Positions 1-9,356 of a stretch of 57,668 nucleotides of DNA are shown here, piece by piece. Position 1 is the first letter of the stretch. Each line of letters begins with the position of its first letter. The stretch is from positions 1 to 57,668 of the forward strand of contig CAMZKV010000007.1 of assembly GCA_947311445.1 (NCBI GenBank), in the 5' to 3' direction. Under the pieces are notes generated by a model, which searched no databases, had not been told where the DNA came from, and was given only the letters and a program-made list of their open reading frames with translations. The stretch comes from an uncultured Chlorobiota bacterium (GTDB lineage Bacteria > Bacteroidota > Bacteroidia > Bacteroidales > JAADGE01). Position numbers and translations under genes: made by a program.

Positions 1-29
1 AAAAAAATGTGTTATTTAATAAAATTTAT

Positions 30-37
30 TAATTTTG
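30..37 (+). promoter_or_regulatory. Bacteroidota -7 promoter element (TAATTTTG) for tRNA-Arg(TCT)
   Basis: Matches the TAnnTTTG consensus, 14 nt upstream of the tRNA 5' end. Confidence 0.7.
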
Positions 38-51
38 CAATCCGAAAAATT

Positions 52-125
52 GGTCTCGTAGCTCAGTTGGATAGAGCAACAGCCTTCTAAGCTGTGGGTC
101 CCAGGTTCGAATCCTGGCGGGATCA
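52..125 (+). tRNA. tRNA-Arg, anticodon TCT
   Basis: Cloverleaf: acceptor GGTCTCG/CGGGATC, D-arm GCTCAGTTGGATAGAGC, anticodon arm ACAGC-CTTCTAA-GCTGT, T-loop GGTTCGAATCC; CCA not encoded. Confidence 0.97.
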
Positions 126-136
126 CATTTAAAATT

Positions 137-166
137 AAAGCCTTACAAAAATGTGAGGCTTTTTTT
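137..166 (+). terminator. Intrinsic terminator after tRNA-Arg(TCT)
   Basis: AAAGCCTTACA-loop-TGTGAGGCTTT hairpin followed by a T run. Confidence 0.8.
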
Positions 167-285
167 ATTTTCAATATGAAAATATGTTTCTTGAAAATAT
201 AAGTTACATTCAATTTTTTAAACTCGCTCTTATATAAAAAAAGCCCCATATATTTTTAATATACAGAGCTTTAAAATTGTATTAG

Positions 286-359
286 TGACCCCGGCGGGAC
301 TCGAACCCACAACCAACAGAGCCGAAATCTGCCATTCTATCCAATTGAACTACGGGGCC
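286..359 (-). tRNA. tRNA-Arg, anticodon TCG
   Basis: Reverse complement GGCCCCGTAGTTCAATTGGATAGAATGGCAGATTTCGGCTCTGTTGGTTGTGGGTTCGAGTCCCGCCGGGGTCA folds as a cloverleaf; anticodon loop TTTCGGC; TAATTTTG element upstream on the minus strand. Confidence 0.95.
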
Positions 360-500
360 AAATTTATGGATGCAAAATTAGAAAACATTTCAACATATTC
401 AAACAAAAATTAATAGCTTTAATAAATCAAAATGTTTTTTACTACTTTTGCAATTCTCTAAAAATTTAGTTTTAATTGTGGTGTTAATTTTAGCAATATT

Positions 501-530
501 ACAATGAAACAATGAAACAATGAAAATATG
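501..530 (+). repeat. 8-nt tandem repeat (ACAATGAA)x3 ending at the leuS start codon
   Basis: acaatgaa acaatgaa acaatgaa aatATG read directly. Confidence 0.85.
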
Positions 531-3293
531 GAATATAAATTCTCAGAAATTGAAAAGAAACACCAAGAAAATTGGAAAAAATCTAACATTTATAAAGTTA
601 CAGAAGACAAATCTAAACAAAAATTCTATGTCTTGGATATGTTTCCATACCCATCAGGTGCAGGGCTACACGTTGGACATCCATTAGGTTATATTGCTTC
701 TGATATTTACAGCCGATATAAAAGACTTAATGGTTTCAATGTTTTGCATCCTATGGGTTTTGATGCATTTGGTTTGCCTGCCGAACAATATGCAGTACAA
801 ACAGGGCAACATCCCGCAATTACTACTGAAATAAACTTAAAAAGATATAAAGAGCAACTTTCAAAAATAGGCTTTTCATTCGACTGGACAAGAGAAGTTA
901 GAACCTCTGACCCAAAATATTATAAATGGACACAGTGGGTATTCATAAAAATGTTTAAGCATTGGTTTAATAATGAAACACAAAAAGCAGAGCCAATTGA
1001 AAAGTTAATAGAAGAATTCTCAAAAAATGGAAATACAGAAGTTAATGCTGCTTGTTCAGACATCCCAAATTTTTCATCAGCAGTTTGGAATGGACTTGAA
1101 GAAGAAGAAAAAGAAGACATTTTAATGAATTACAGACTTGCATACAGAGCTAACACTAAGGTAAATTGGTGCCCTGCATTAGGAACTGTTCTTGCTAATG
1201 ATGAAGTTAAAGATGGAGTTTCTGAAAGAGGTGGACATCCTGTAATTCAGAAAGATATGATGCAATGGCAATTGAGAGTAACAGCCTATGCTCAGAGATT
1301 GCTTTCGGGTTTAGATAAGTTAGATTGGTCAGACTCTTTAAAAGGAATGCAAAAAAATTGGATAGGTCGTTCCGACGGTGCAGAAGTGCTTTTTAACATT
1401 AAAGATTCTGATAAACAAATTCAAGTTTTCACAACAAGACCCGATACGCTTTTTGGTGCAACATTTATGGTTCTTGCCCCGGAAAGTGAACTTGTAGATA
1501 CAGTTACAAGCGTAGAAAAAAGTGAAGATGTAGATGCTTATGTTGAAAAAACTAAAAATAGAACAGAAAGAGAACGCCAAGCAGATGCAAAAAATATTAC
1601 AGGTGTTTTCTCAGGCTCTTATGCAATAAATCCTTTTACAAAAAAAGAAATTCCAATTTGGATTGCAGACTATGTTTTAGGTGGCTACGGAACAGGTGCA
1701 ATAATGGCTGTTCCTGCACACGATAGCAGAGATTATGCCTTTGCAAAAGAATACAATATAGAAATTATTCCTGTGGTTGAAGGTGGAAACATTTCAGAAG
1801 CATCTTATGATGCAAAGTCTGGAAAATTAATTAACTCCGATTTTTTAAATGGACTCGAAGTTAAAGAAGCTGTTAAAAAAATGATTGATGAAATTGAAAA
1901 GCAAAATTTAGGTTACAGAAAAGTGAATTTTAGATTGCGTGATGCAATTTTTAGCAGACAAAGATATTGGGGCGAACCTTTTCCGGTTTATTATGATGGA
2001 AATACAGCAAAAACTCTTAAAGAAAATGAACTTCCGCTAAGATTACCAAAAATAGATGATTATAAACCAACAGAAGCAGGCGACCCGCCTTTGGGAAGAG
2101 CAAAGGATTGGTTGTATGATGGAAAATATAAATATGAACTAAGCACAATGCCGGGTTTTGCGGGCTCATCTGCCTATTACTTGCGTTATATGGATCCGAA
2201 AAATGAAAAAGAATTAGTTTCAAAAGCAGCAAATGAATATTGGCAAGATGTTGACCTTTACATTGGCGGTACAGAACACGCAGTTGGGCATTTAATTTAT
2301 TCTCGTTTTTGGAATAAATTCTTATTCGATTTAGGATATGTTATAAAAGATGAGCCATTTAAAAAACTTGTAAATCAAGGAATGATACAAGGACGTTCAA
2401 ATTTTGTTTACAGAGTTAAAGACACAAATAAGTTTGTTTCGTATAATTTAAAAAAGAATTACGAAATAACTGAACTTCATGTTGATGTAAATATTGTACG
2501 TAACGATATTTTAGATATAGAAGCATTTAAAAACTGGCTTCCCGAGTTTGCAAATGCAGAATTTATTTTAGAAGAAGACGGTAAATATCATTGCGGAAAC
2601 GGAATAGAAAAAATGTCAAAATCTAAATTTAATGTTGTAAATCCTGACCTTATAATTGAAGAATACGGAGCAGATACATTAAGATTATATGAAATGTTCC
2701 TAGGTCCAATTGAGCAATCAAAACCTTGGAATACAAATGGAATTGAGGGAGTTTCTCGTTTCTTGCAGAAGTTTTGGCGTTTATTTTTTGATAAAGATGG
2801 AAATTTTAATCTTTCAGAAAAAAAAGCAACAAAAGAAGAGCAAAAAGTAATTCACACACTTATAAAAAAGATAGGGGAAGATGTTGAAAATTTTTCATTC
2901 AACACATCAGTAGCAGCGTTTATGGTATGTGCCAATGATTTATCAAAACTAAAATGCAATAAAAAAGAGGTTTTAACAAACTTTATAATTACACTTTCAC
3001 CATTTGCACCACATATCGCAGAAGAACTTTGGCAATTGTCTAAAAACGAGGGTAGTGTTGTAAATGCAAAATTTCCTGAATTTAATGAAGATTTTTTAAA
3101 AGAAGATACCATTACTTACCCTGTTGCATTTAATGGAAAAACAAAATTTACAATTGATGTTCCTGCCGATTTGAAAAAAGATGAAATTGAAAAACTTGCA
3201 CTTGCTGATGAAAGAACTAAAAAAAGATTAGAAAGTGCTAATCTAAAAAAAGTAATTGTAGTTCCAGGTAGGATGATAAATATTGTTGTCTAA
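528..3293 (+). CDS. leuS: Leucine--tRNA ligase
   Basis: [14 protein letters not shown] (HIGH), KMSKS, editing domain FTTRPDT and [12 protein letters not shown]; 921 aa. Confidence 0.99.
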   Translation: MEYKFSEIEKKHQENWKKSNIYKVTEDKSKQKFYVLDMFPYPSGAGLHVGHPLGYIASDIYSRYKRLNGFNVLHPMGFDAFGLPAEQYAVQTGQHPAITTEINLKRYKEQLSKIGFSFDWTREVRTSDPKYYKWTQWVFIKMFKHWFNNETQKAEPIEKLIEEFSKNGNTEVNAACSDIPNFSSAVWNGLEEEEKEDILMNYRLAYRANTKVNWCPALGTVLANDEVKDGVSERGGHPVIQKDMMQWQLRVTAYAQRLLSGLDKLDWSDSLKGMQKNWIGRSDGAEVLFNIKDSDKQIQVFTTRPDTLFGATFMVLAPESELVDTVTSVEKSEDVDAYVEKTKNRTERERQADAKNITGVFSGSYAINPFTKKEIPIWIADYVLGGYGTGAIMAVPAHDSRDYAFAKEYNIEIIPVVEGGNISEASYDAKSGKLINSDFLNGLEVKEAVKKMIDEIEKQNLGYRKVNFRLRDAIFSRQRYWGEPFPVYYDGNTAKTLKENELPLRLPKIDDYKPTEAGDPPLGRAKDWLYDGKYKYELSTMPGFAGSSAYYLRYMDPKNEKELVSKAANEYWQDVDLYIGGTEHAVGHLIYSRFWNKFLFDLGYVIKDEPFKKLVNQGMIQGRSNFVYRVKDTNKFVSYNLKKNYEITELHVDVNIVRNDILDIEAFKNWLPEFANAEFILEEDGKYHCGNGIEKMSKSKFNVVNPDLIIEEYGADTLRLYEMFLGPIEQSKPWNTNGIEGVSRFLQKFWRLFFDKDGNFNLSEKKATKEEQKVIHTLIKKIGEDVENFSFNTSVAAFMVCANDLSKLKCNKKEVLTNFIITLSPFAPHIAEELWQLSKNEGSVVNAKFPEFNEDFLKEDTITYPVAFNGKTKFTIDVPADLKKDEIEKLALADERTKKRLESANLKKVIVVPGRMINIVV

Positions 3294-3458
3294 AGTATTT
3301 TTATTAGTAGTCAAATGTAAACTATTGATATATAGCTAGTTAAAAATATTATTAAGTATTATTTAATTTTTTGTTATTTATAAAATAAAAAGCCTTATTT
3401 TTGCACACCTTTTAAGAAGAGGGAGATTTTTTATTTTTCTAATAGTAAATTCCAATAT

Positions 3459-4319
3459 ATGAGACAGTTAAAGATTACGAAGTCGATTACAAATCGAGAG
3501 AGTGCATCACTTGATAAATATTTACAAGAAATTGGAAGATATGACCTTATTAGTGTTGAAGAAGAAGTTGAATTAGCACAAAGAATAAAAAAAGGTGACC
3601 AACTTGCAATTGAAAAACTTGCAAGTGCAAATTTACGTTTTGTAGTTTCAGTGGCAAAGCAATACCAAAATCAAGGACTTAGTTTGCCGGATTTAATTAA
3701 TGAAGGCAACTTAGGATTAATTAAAGCTGCTGAAAAATTTGATGAAACAAGAGGATTCAAATTTATTTCGTATGCTGTTTGGTGGATTCGCCAATCAATC
3801 ATGCAAGCAATTAATGAACAATCAAGAATTGTTAGATTACCTTTAAATCAAGTTAGTTCATTAAGTAAATACAGAAAAGCTGTTGCTGAATTTGAACAAA
3901 AAAACCAAAGAAAACCATCAATTGATGAATTGTCTGAAATTTTAGAAATATCAAAAGCAAAAGTAAAAGCTACAATGAAAGTTTCCGGAAGACATGTTTC
4001 TGTTGATGCACCTTTTCAAGAAGGTGAAGACAACAGTCTTTTAGATGTTTTGTCTGATGGAGACTCTCCAATAGCAGATAAAGCTCTAATACATGAGTCC
4101 TTAAGAAAAGAAATACACAGAGTTTTTGCAACACTTGATGAAAGAGAAAGTAAAATTTTACAACTTTCTTATGGAATTGGTGTGGAGGAAATGTCATTAG
4201 AAGAAATTGGACAACAGTTCGGTTTAACAAGAGAAAGAGTTCGACAAATTAGAGAAAAAGCTATAAAAAGGTTGAGAACCACTTCAAGAAGTAATCCTTT
4301 GAAAAAATATCTTGGATAA
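3459..4319 (+). CDS. rpoD: Primary sigma-70 factor, short Bacteroidota type lacking region 1.1
   Basis: [15 protein letters not shown] start, [43 protein letters not shown]. Confidence 0.93.
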   Translation: MRQLKITKSITNRESASLDKYLQEIGRYDLISVEEEVELAQRIKKGDQLAIEKLASANLRFVVSVAKQYQNQGLSLPDLINEGNLGLIKAAEKFDETRGFKFISYAVWWIRQSIMQAINEQSRIVRLPLNQVSSLSKYRKAVAEFEQKNQRKPSIDELSEILEISKAKVKATMKVSGRHVSVDAPFQEGEDNSLLDVLSDGDSPIADKALIHESLRKEIHRVFATLDERESKILQLSYGIGVEEMSLEEIGQQFGLTRERVRQIREKAIKRLRTTSRSNPLKKYLG

Positions 4320-4342
4320 AGTATAAATATATTACATTTTTT

Positions 4343-4376
4343 AAAAAAGCTGTCTTAATTAGACAGCTTTTTTTTT
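4343..4376 (+). terminator. Intrinsic terminator after rpoD
   Basis: A6-GCTGTCT-taatt-AGACAGC-T9. Confidence 0.9.
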
Positions 4377-4483
4377 AATATTTTGAGGGATAATCAAAAA
4401 AGAATTGTCATACTAAAAAACAAGTTTATGGAAATTAATTAATAATTTAATCTATTAAATAAAAGATTTTTAAAACAATAACT

Positions 4484-6367
4484 ATGAAACGAATACTTTT
4501 TATCTTAACTTTTCTAATTTTTATCTCAGAACTTATTTTCTCTCAAAAAACAATAACAGGAATTGTAATCGATACCGAAGGGGAATTGTTACCGGGAGTT
4601 TCTATAATTGCTAAAGGAACTAAAATACGAACAATAACATTAAGTAATGGAACTTATTCAATTGAGATAACAGAAGATGTGAAATTTCTCATTTTCTCAT
4701 ACATTGGAATGGAAACAATCGAAAAACAAATAAAAGGAAACACGGTAAATGTAATTATGAAGCCAACAATAGATGATTTAGATGAAATTGTTGTTACAGC
4801 AATAGGAACTAGTAAAAGAATAAGTTTAAGAGGAATTGCTAGTTATCGGAAAAGCCATTCAAAAATTAGAGGAAAAAAGCCTATTGGTTATGCAACAGAA
4901 AGTGTAGAATACGATATAATATCATCAGATGAACTTAGTGATTCAGAAATAACAAATAAAGATATAAAAAGCGGAATGTTAACTGCCGGAGAATTAAATG
5001 ATTTTGGAAAATGGGAACTATGGAAAGATATTTCTGAAAATCAGTTAAAAACTTACAAATCAACATGGAAAATGAAGCCACAAGAACGTTATTGTGTACA
5101 ACTTACAAATTATTCAAACAAACCCGTTGTTAATGCAAAAGTATTGCTAAAAACAAAATCGGGAGAAACAATTTGGGCTTCAACAACTGACAATACAGGA
5201 AAGGCAGAGCTTTGGGCAAATATATTTGGAGAAAAATATAAGCAAAAAGACCTTTTTATAAAAATTATTAACAATAAAAAGTCCTACAAATTGTTAAAAC
5301 CTAATAAATTTCAAGAAGGTATTAATTTTATTAGTATTCCGGCAGATTGTAATGTTCCCGAGATTGCCAATATAGCCTTTGTTGTGGATGCTACAGGATC
5401 AATGGGAGATGAAATTTCATATTTAAAGGCTGAATTGCAAGATGTTTTAAATAAAATTAAAAAACAGCATAAAAATTTAACTATAAATTCTGCAAGTGTT
5501 TTTTATAGAGATAAATCTGATGAGTATTTAGTAAGAAAATCAGATTTTTCGGAAGATGTAAAAACAACAATTGATTTTATAAACAAACAAACTCCTGGTG
5601 GAGGAGGGGACTTTCCTGAAGCAGTTGATGCAGGTTTAAATACAGCAATTAATCAACTTTCTTGGAGTGAGAGCGCTCTTGCAAAAGTTGTTTTTTTAAT
5701 ACTTGATGCTCCCCCACACAATGATACTGCTAGTGTGAAAAATATGCAGAAACTTTCAAAAAAAGCCTCTGAGAAAGGTATTAGAATAGTTCCGGTTACA
5801 GCGAGTGGGATTAATAAAAGCACAGAATATTTAATGCGTTCAATTGCACTTGCAACAAATGGAACATATGTTTTTTTAACAGATGACAGTGGAATAGGAA
5901 ACAATCACATAAAACCTACAACAGATGAATTTCAAGTTGAACTTTTAAATGATGTTTTTATCCGTTTAATTAAGCAATACTTAACAATTCCTGATTGCAA
6001 AGAAGAAATAGTTTATAACGAAGAAGAAATTCAAGACACTTCATTTATTGCAGATAATAGTCTAATTCAAGATTCCTCAGAAATTGATACAACTAAGAAA
6101 ACTGATATTATTATAAAACCTGAAATAGGAAAAGTTAAATACTATCCTAATCCAACTTCCAATATTTTGAATATTGAAATAACCGGAGATATGAACGAAA
6201 TGTTTCTAGCGGATATTTCCGGCAAAATTTTGCAAAAATTTGATATTAAGAACAAGAAAAAATTCAAAATTAGTTTATCAAGATTTCCTGCAGGTATATA
6301 TTTTATTCAATATCAAAACGGAGAGCGTTGGCAAACCGGAAAAATTATTCATACACATATTATGTAG
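4484..6367 (+). CDS. Secreted protein: carboxypeptidase-regulatory-like (SusC N-terminal-like) domain + VWA domain + T9SS type A C-terminal domain
   Basis: Signal peptide; ITGIVID..GELLPGVSI..KGT and LDEIVVTAIG; MIDAS DATGSM, GGGDFPEAV, LDAPPH; C-terminal YYPNPT...ISGK...PAGIYFI. Confidence 0.8.
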   Translation: MKRILFILTFLIFISELIFSQKTITGIVIDTEGELLPGVSIIAKGTKIRTITLSNGTYSIEITEDVKFLIFSYIGMETIEKQIKGNTVNVIMKPTIDDLDEIVVTAIGTSKRISLRGIASYRKSHSKIRGKKPIGYATESVEYDIISSDELSDSEITNKDIKSGMLTAGELNDFGKWELWKDISENQLKTYKSTWKMKPQERYCVQLTNYSNKPVVNAKVLLKTKSGETIWASTTDNTGKAELWANIFGEKYKQKDLFIKIINNKKSYKLLKPNKFQEGINFISIPADCNVPEIANIAFVVDATGSMGDEISYLKAELQDVLNKIKKQHKNLTINSASVFYRDKSDEYLVRKSDFSEDVKTTIDFINKQTPGGGGDFPEAVDAGLNTAINQLSWSESALAKVVFLILDAPPHNDTASVKNMQKLSKKASEKGIRIVPVTASGINKSTEYLMRSIALATNGTYVFLTDDSGIGNNHIKPTTDEFQVELLNDVFIRLIKQYLTIPDCKEEIVYNEEEIQDTSFIADNSLIQDSSEIDTTKKTDIIIKPEIGKVKYYPNPTSNILNIEITGDMNEMFLADISGKILQKFDIKNKKKFKISLSRFPAGIYFIQYQNGERWQTGKIIHTHIM

Positions 6368-6476
6368 TAATAATCAATAATAAATTTGTCTAAAAAAACC
6401 TGCCAACAAACATATGCAAAAAACTAAATATAATTTTTAAATGCCTTATCTTTGTTTTTTTAAAAGTAATTAGGCT

Positions 6477-8762
6477 ATGGCAAAAATCACAAAAGAAGAC
6501 GCTTTAAAATACCATTCCGATAAAAGACCCGGAAAAATTGAAGTAGTTCCAACAACACCACATTCGACCCAAAGAGATTTGGCTCTTGCATATTCCCCGG
6601 GAGTTGCAGAACCATGTTTAGAAATTGAAAAAAATCCGGAAGATGCATACAAATATACGGCAAAAGGAAATCTTGTCGCAGTTATTTCAAATGGTACAGC
6701 TGTTTTAGGTTTAGGAAATCTCGGAGCAGTTGCAGGGAAACCTGTAATGGAAGGAAAAGGTTTGCTTTTTAAAATCTTTTCCGATATTGATGTGTTTGAT
6801 ATTGAGTTAGATACAACAGATATTGATAAGTTTGTTGAAACTGTAAAAATTATGTCTCCCACATTTGGAGGAATTAATCTTGAAGATATTAAATCTCCTG
6901 AATGCTTCGAAATTGAAAGAAGATTAAAAGAAGAACTTGATATTCCCGTAATGCACGATGACCAGCATGGAACAGCAATTATTTCAGCAGCAGGAGTCGT
7001 AAATGCAGTAACATTTGCAAAAAAGAAGCTAAAAGATATTAAAATGGTTGTTAGTGGAGCAGGGGCATCTGCAATGGCTTGCACAAGATTAATAATGTCT
7101 TTGGGGGTTGAGAAAAAAAATGTTGTTATGTGCGACAGCAAAGGTGTTATTAATAATGAAAGAAAAGATATAAATAAATATAAAAAAGATTTTGTAACAA
7201 GCAGAAAAATAAAAACTCTAGAGCAAGCAATGAATGGAGCAGACTTGTTTTTAGGACTTTCTGTAAAAGGAATAGTAAACAAGGATATGATTAAATCAAT
7301 GGCCGAAAATCCAATTGTATTTGCTATGGCAAATCCTGATCCCGAAATTACATATGAAGATGCAAAAGATGCCAGAGAAGATGTTTTAATGGCAACAGGT
7401 CGTTCAGATTACCCAAATCAGGTTAATAATGTTCTCGGATTCCCTTTTATTTTCAGAGGAGCATTAGATGTAAGAGCAACATCTATAAATGAAAAAATGA
7501 AGATTGCCGCTGTTCACGCAATTGCTGGTTTAGCAAGAGAAGATGTTCCGGAAGAAGTAAGCAATGCTTACAATACAAAGCACCTTGTTTTTGGTAGAGA
7601 TTATTTTATTCCAAAACCATTAGATCCTAGACTAATAACGAGGGTTTCAATAGCTGTAGCAAAAGCTGCAATGGATTCTGGAGTAGCAAAACAACCTATT
7701 GAAGACTTTGAAAAATACCAAGAAGAACTTCTTGAAAGAATTGGCTCAGGAAATAAATTAATCAGACGTATTTTTGTTCAAGCAAAACTAAATCCTAAAA
7801 AAGTAATATTTGCAGATGCTGAAAACTACAATGTTCTTAGGGCTGCCGAAGTTGCAATGCACGAAGGTTTTGCAGAGCCTATTTTACTTGGTCAAAAAGA
7901 AAAAATATTAAATGTTATTTCAGAATATAAACTAAATGATTTGCTTGAAAGTGCCGTAATTATTGACCCATATTCGCCTGAAGAAAAAAATAGAAGACAG
8001 AAATATGCAAAATTCTTTTATGAAAAAAGAAATAGGGAAGGAGTTAGGTTGAGAGATGCAAATTTAAAAATGTTTAATAGAAACTATTTTGGTTCAATGA
8101 TGGTTGAACATGGAGAAGCCGATGCGTTTATTACAGGTTATGATACTAAATATTCAGAAGCTCTTTCTCCTATTTTAGAAGTAATAAAATGTTCTGATGA
8201 AATTGACCATATAGCAGGAATGTATGTTGTGAAAACAAAACAAAAATCATTATTTTTTGCTGATGCTACTGTTAATGAAGACCCTGACTGTAAGGTGCTT
8301 ATTGATACAACTCTTACTGTTACAAGAACAATAAAATGGTTGGGTGAAGAACCGGTTGTTGCAATGCTTTCCTACTCAAATTTTGGATCTTCAAAAACTC
8401 CAAGTCCTAAATTTGTTAAAAAAGCTGTTAAGACTTTACATAAAGAACATCCTGAAATTATGGTTGACGGTGAGATGCAAGCAAATTTTGCATTAAATAC
8501 AAAATTAAGAGACGAATATTTTCCTTTCTCAAAAATAAAAGGGAAAGATGTAAATACTTTAATATTTCCAAATTTGGCAGCAGGAAATATAGCTTACAAG
8601 ATGATGCAAGAAATTGGAGAAACCGATGTTTTAGGACCAATTCTATGTGGAACAAAAAGACCCATCCATATTGTTCAGCTTGGCTCATCAGTTACTGAAA
8701 TAGTTAATATGGTTGCAATTGCAGTTGTAGATTCACAAAATCCTTCAAACAGGTATAGATGA
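6477..8762 (+). CDS. maeB: NADP-dependent malic enzyme with phosphotransacetylase-like C-terminal domain
   Basis: LAYSPGVAEP, MHDDQHGTA, GAGASA, TGRSDYPNQVNN, VDGEMQAN; 761 aa. Confidence 0.97.
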   Translation: MAKITKEDALKYHSDKRPGKIEVVPTTPHSTQRDLALAYSPGVAEPCLEIEKNPEDAYKYTAKGNLVAVISNGTAVLGLGNLGAVAGKPVMEGKGLLFKIFSDIDVFDIELDTTDIDKFVETVKIMSPTFGGINLEDIKSPECFEIERRLKEELDIPVMHDDQHGTAIISAAGVVNAVTFAKKKLKDIKMVVSGAGASAMACTRLIMSLGVEKKNVVMCDSKGVINNERKDINKYKKDFVTSRKIKTLEQAMNGADLFLGLSVKGIVNKDMIKSMAENPIVFAMANPDPEITYEDAKDAREDVLMATGRSDYPNQVNNVLGFPFIFRGALDVRATSINEKMKIAAVHAIAGLAREDVPEEVSNAYNTKHLVFGRDYFIPKPLDPRLITRVSIAVAKAAMDSGVAKQPIEDFEKYQEELLERIGSGNKLIRRIFVQAKLNPKKVIFADAENYNVLRAAEVAMHEGFAEPILLGQKEKILNVISEYKLNDLLESAVIIDPYSPEEKNRRQKYAKFFYEKRNREGVRLRDANLKMFNRNYFGSMMVEHGEADAFITGYDTKYSEALSPILEVIKCSDEIDHIAGMYVVKTKQKSLFFADATVNEDPDCKVLIDTTLTVTRTIKWLGEEPVVAMLSYSNFGSSKTPSPKFVKKAVKTLHKEHPEIMVDGEMQANFALNTKLRDEYFPFSKIKGKDVNTLIFPNLAAGNIAYKMMQEIGETDVLGPILCGTKRPIHIVQLGSSVTEIVNMVAIAVVDSQNPSNRYR

Positions 8763-8890
8763 TGGTTAAAAATAACTTATAAATAAAATAATAATCATAT
8801 TTGCAAAGTTTAATTAAATTTTTAATTTTGTTGTTCCATAACAAGTTATAAGCACCTTTGTTAATTGTGAAAATTAATTAAATATCTGAT

Positions 8891-9322
8891 ATGAACATCT
8901 TAACCTATGAAGAACAAGGGTATTTGCCAGGTATTATACTTGACAAAGAATCTAGAAAGTTTGAAATATTTGGAAAAACTTGCCCTGAGGATGCTATTGA
9001 ATTTTATAACCCTGTTTTTGAGTGGCTCGATGAATATTCACAAAACCCACTAGAAAAAACTGTTTTTGATTTTAAATTAACTTATTTTAATACAGTTTCA
9101 TCTAAAATAATAATGATGATAATGATGAGGTTGGAAGAAATTTATGAAGATGGTAATGAGGTGTTAATTAGATGGTTTTATCCTGAAGATGATGAAGATT
9201 TAGAAGAAACAGGAGAAGATTTTGAGAGTATGGTGGAAGTCAATTTTGAATTAGTACCATATGAAGAAGATGAAGATGAAGAGTTTGATGATTCAGACGA
9301 TTTAATAGATTCATTATTATAA
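8891..9322 (+). CDS. SiaC-family (DUF1987) regulatory phosphoprotein with acidic C-terminal tail
   Basis: GKTCPEDAIEFYNPV, LTYFNTVSSK, WFYPEDDEDLEETGEDF; own TTTG...TAATTTTG promoter at about 8800-8830. Confidence 0.88.
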   Translation: MNILTYEEQGYLPGIILDKESRKFEIFGKTCPEDAIEFYNPVFEWLDEYSQNPLEKTVFDFKLTYFNTVSSKIIMMIMMRLEEIYEDGNEVLIRWFYPEDDEDLEETGEDFESMVEVNFELVPYEEDEDEEFDDSDDLIDSLL

Positions 9323-9356
9323 TTTTTTGTTCTTGTAAAATAAAACAGCTTTCTTT

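Noticed and set aside
16-249. 77-aa minus-strand ORF
   Set aside because: Antisense shadow of tRNA-Arg(TCT); IPPGFEPGTHSLEGCCSIQLSY is the typical translation of a reversed tRNA
126-285. Integrative element or att site at the tRNA 3' ends
   Set aside because: Only 160 nt with terminator-like hairpins; no integrase and no duplicated tRNA end noticed in the window
360-527. T-box or attenuator upstream of leuS
   Set aside because: Leader is short, has no T-box consensus and no terminator hairpin
6470-7282. 270-aa ORF antisense to maeB, and the other short antisense or alternate-frame ORFs inside leuS, rpoD, pdxJ, sucD, groL, gpmI and others
   Set aside because: Fully overlap well-supported genes, lack motifs, and are explained by codon bias on the coding strand
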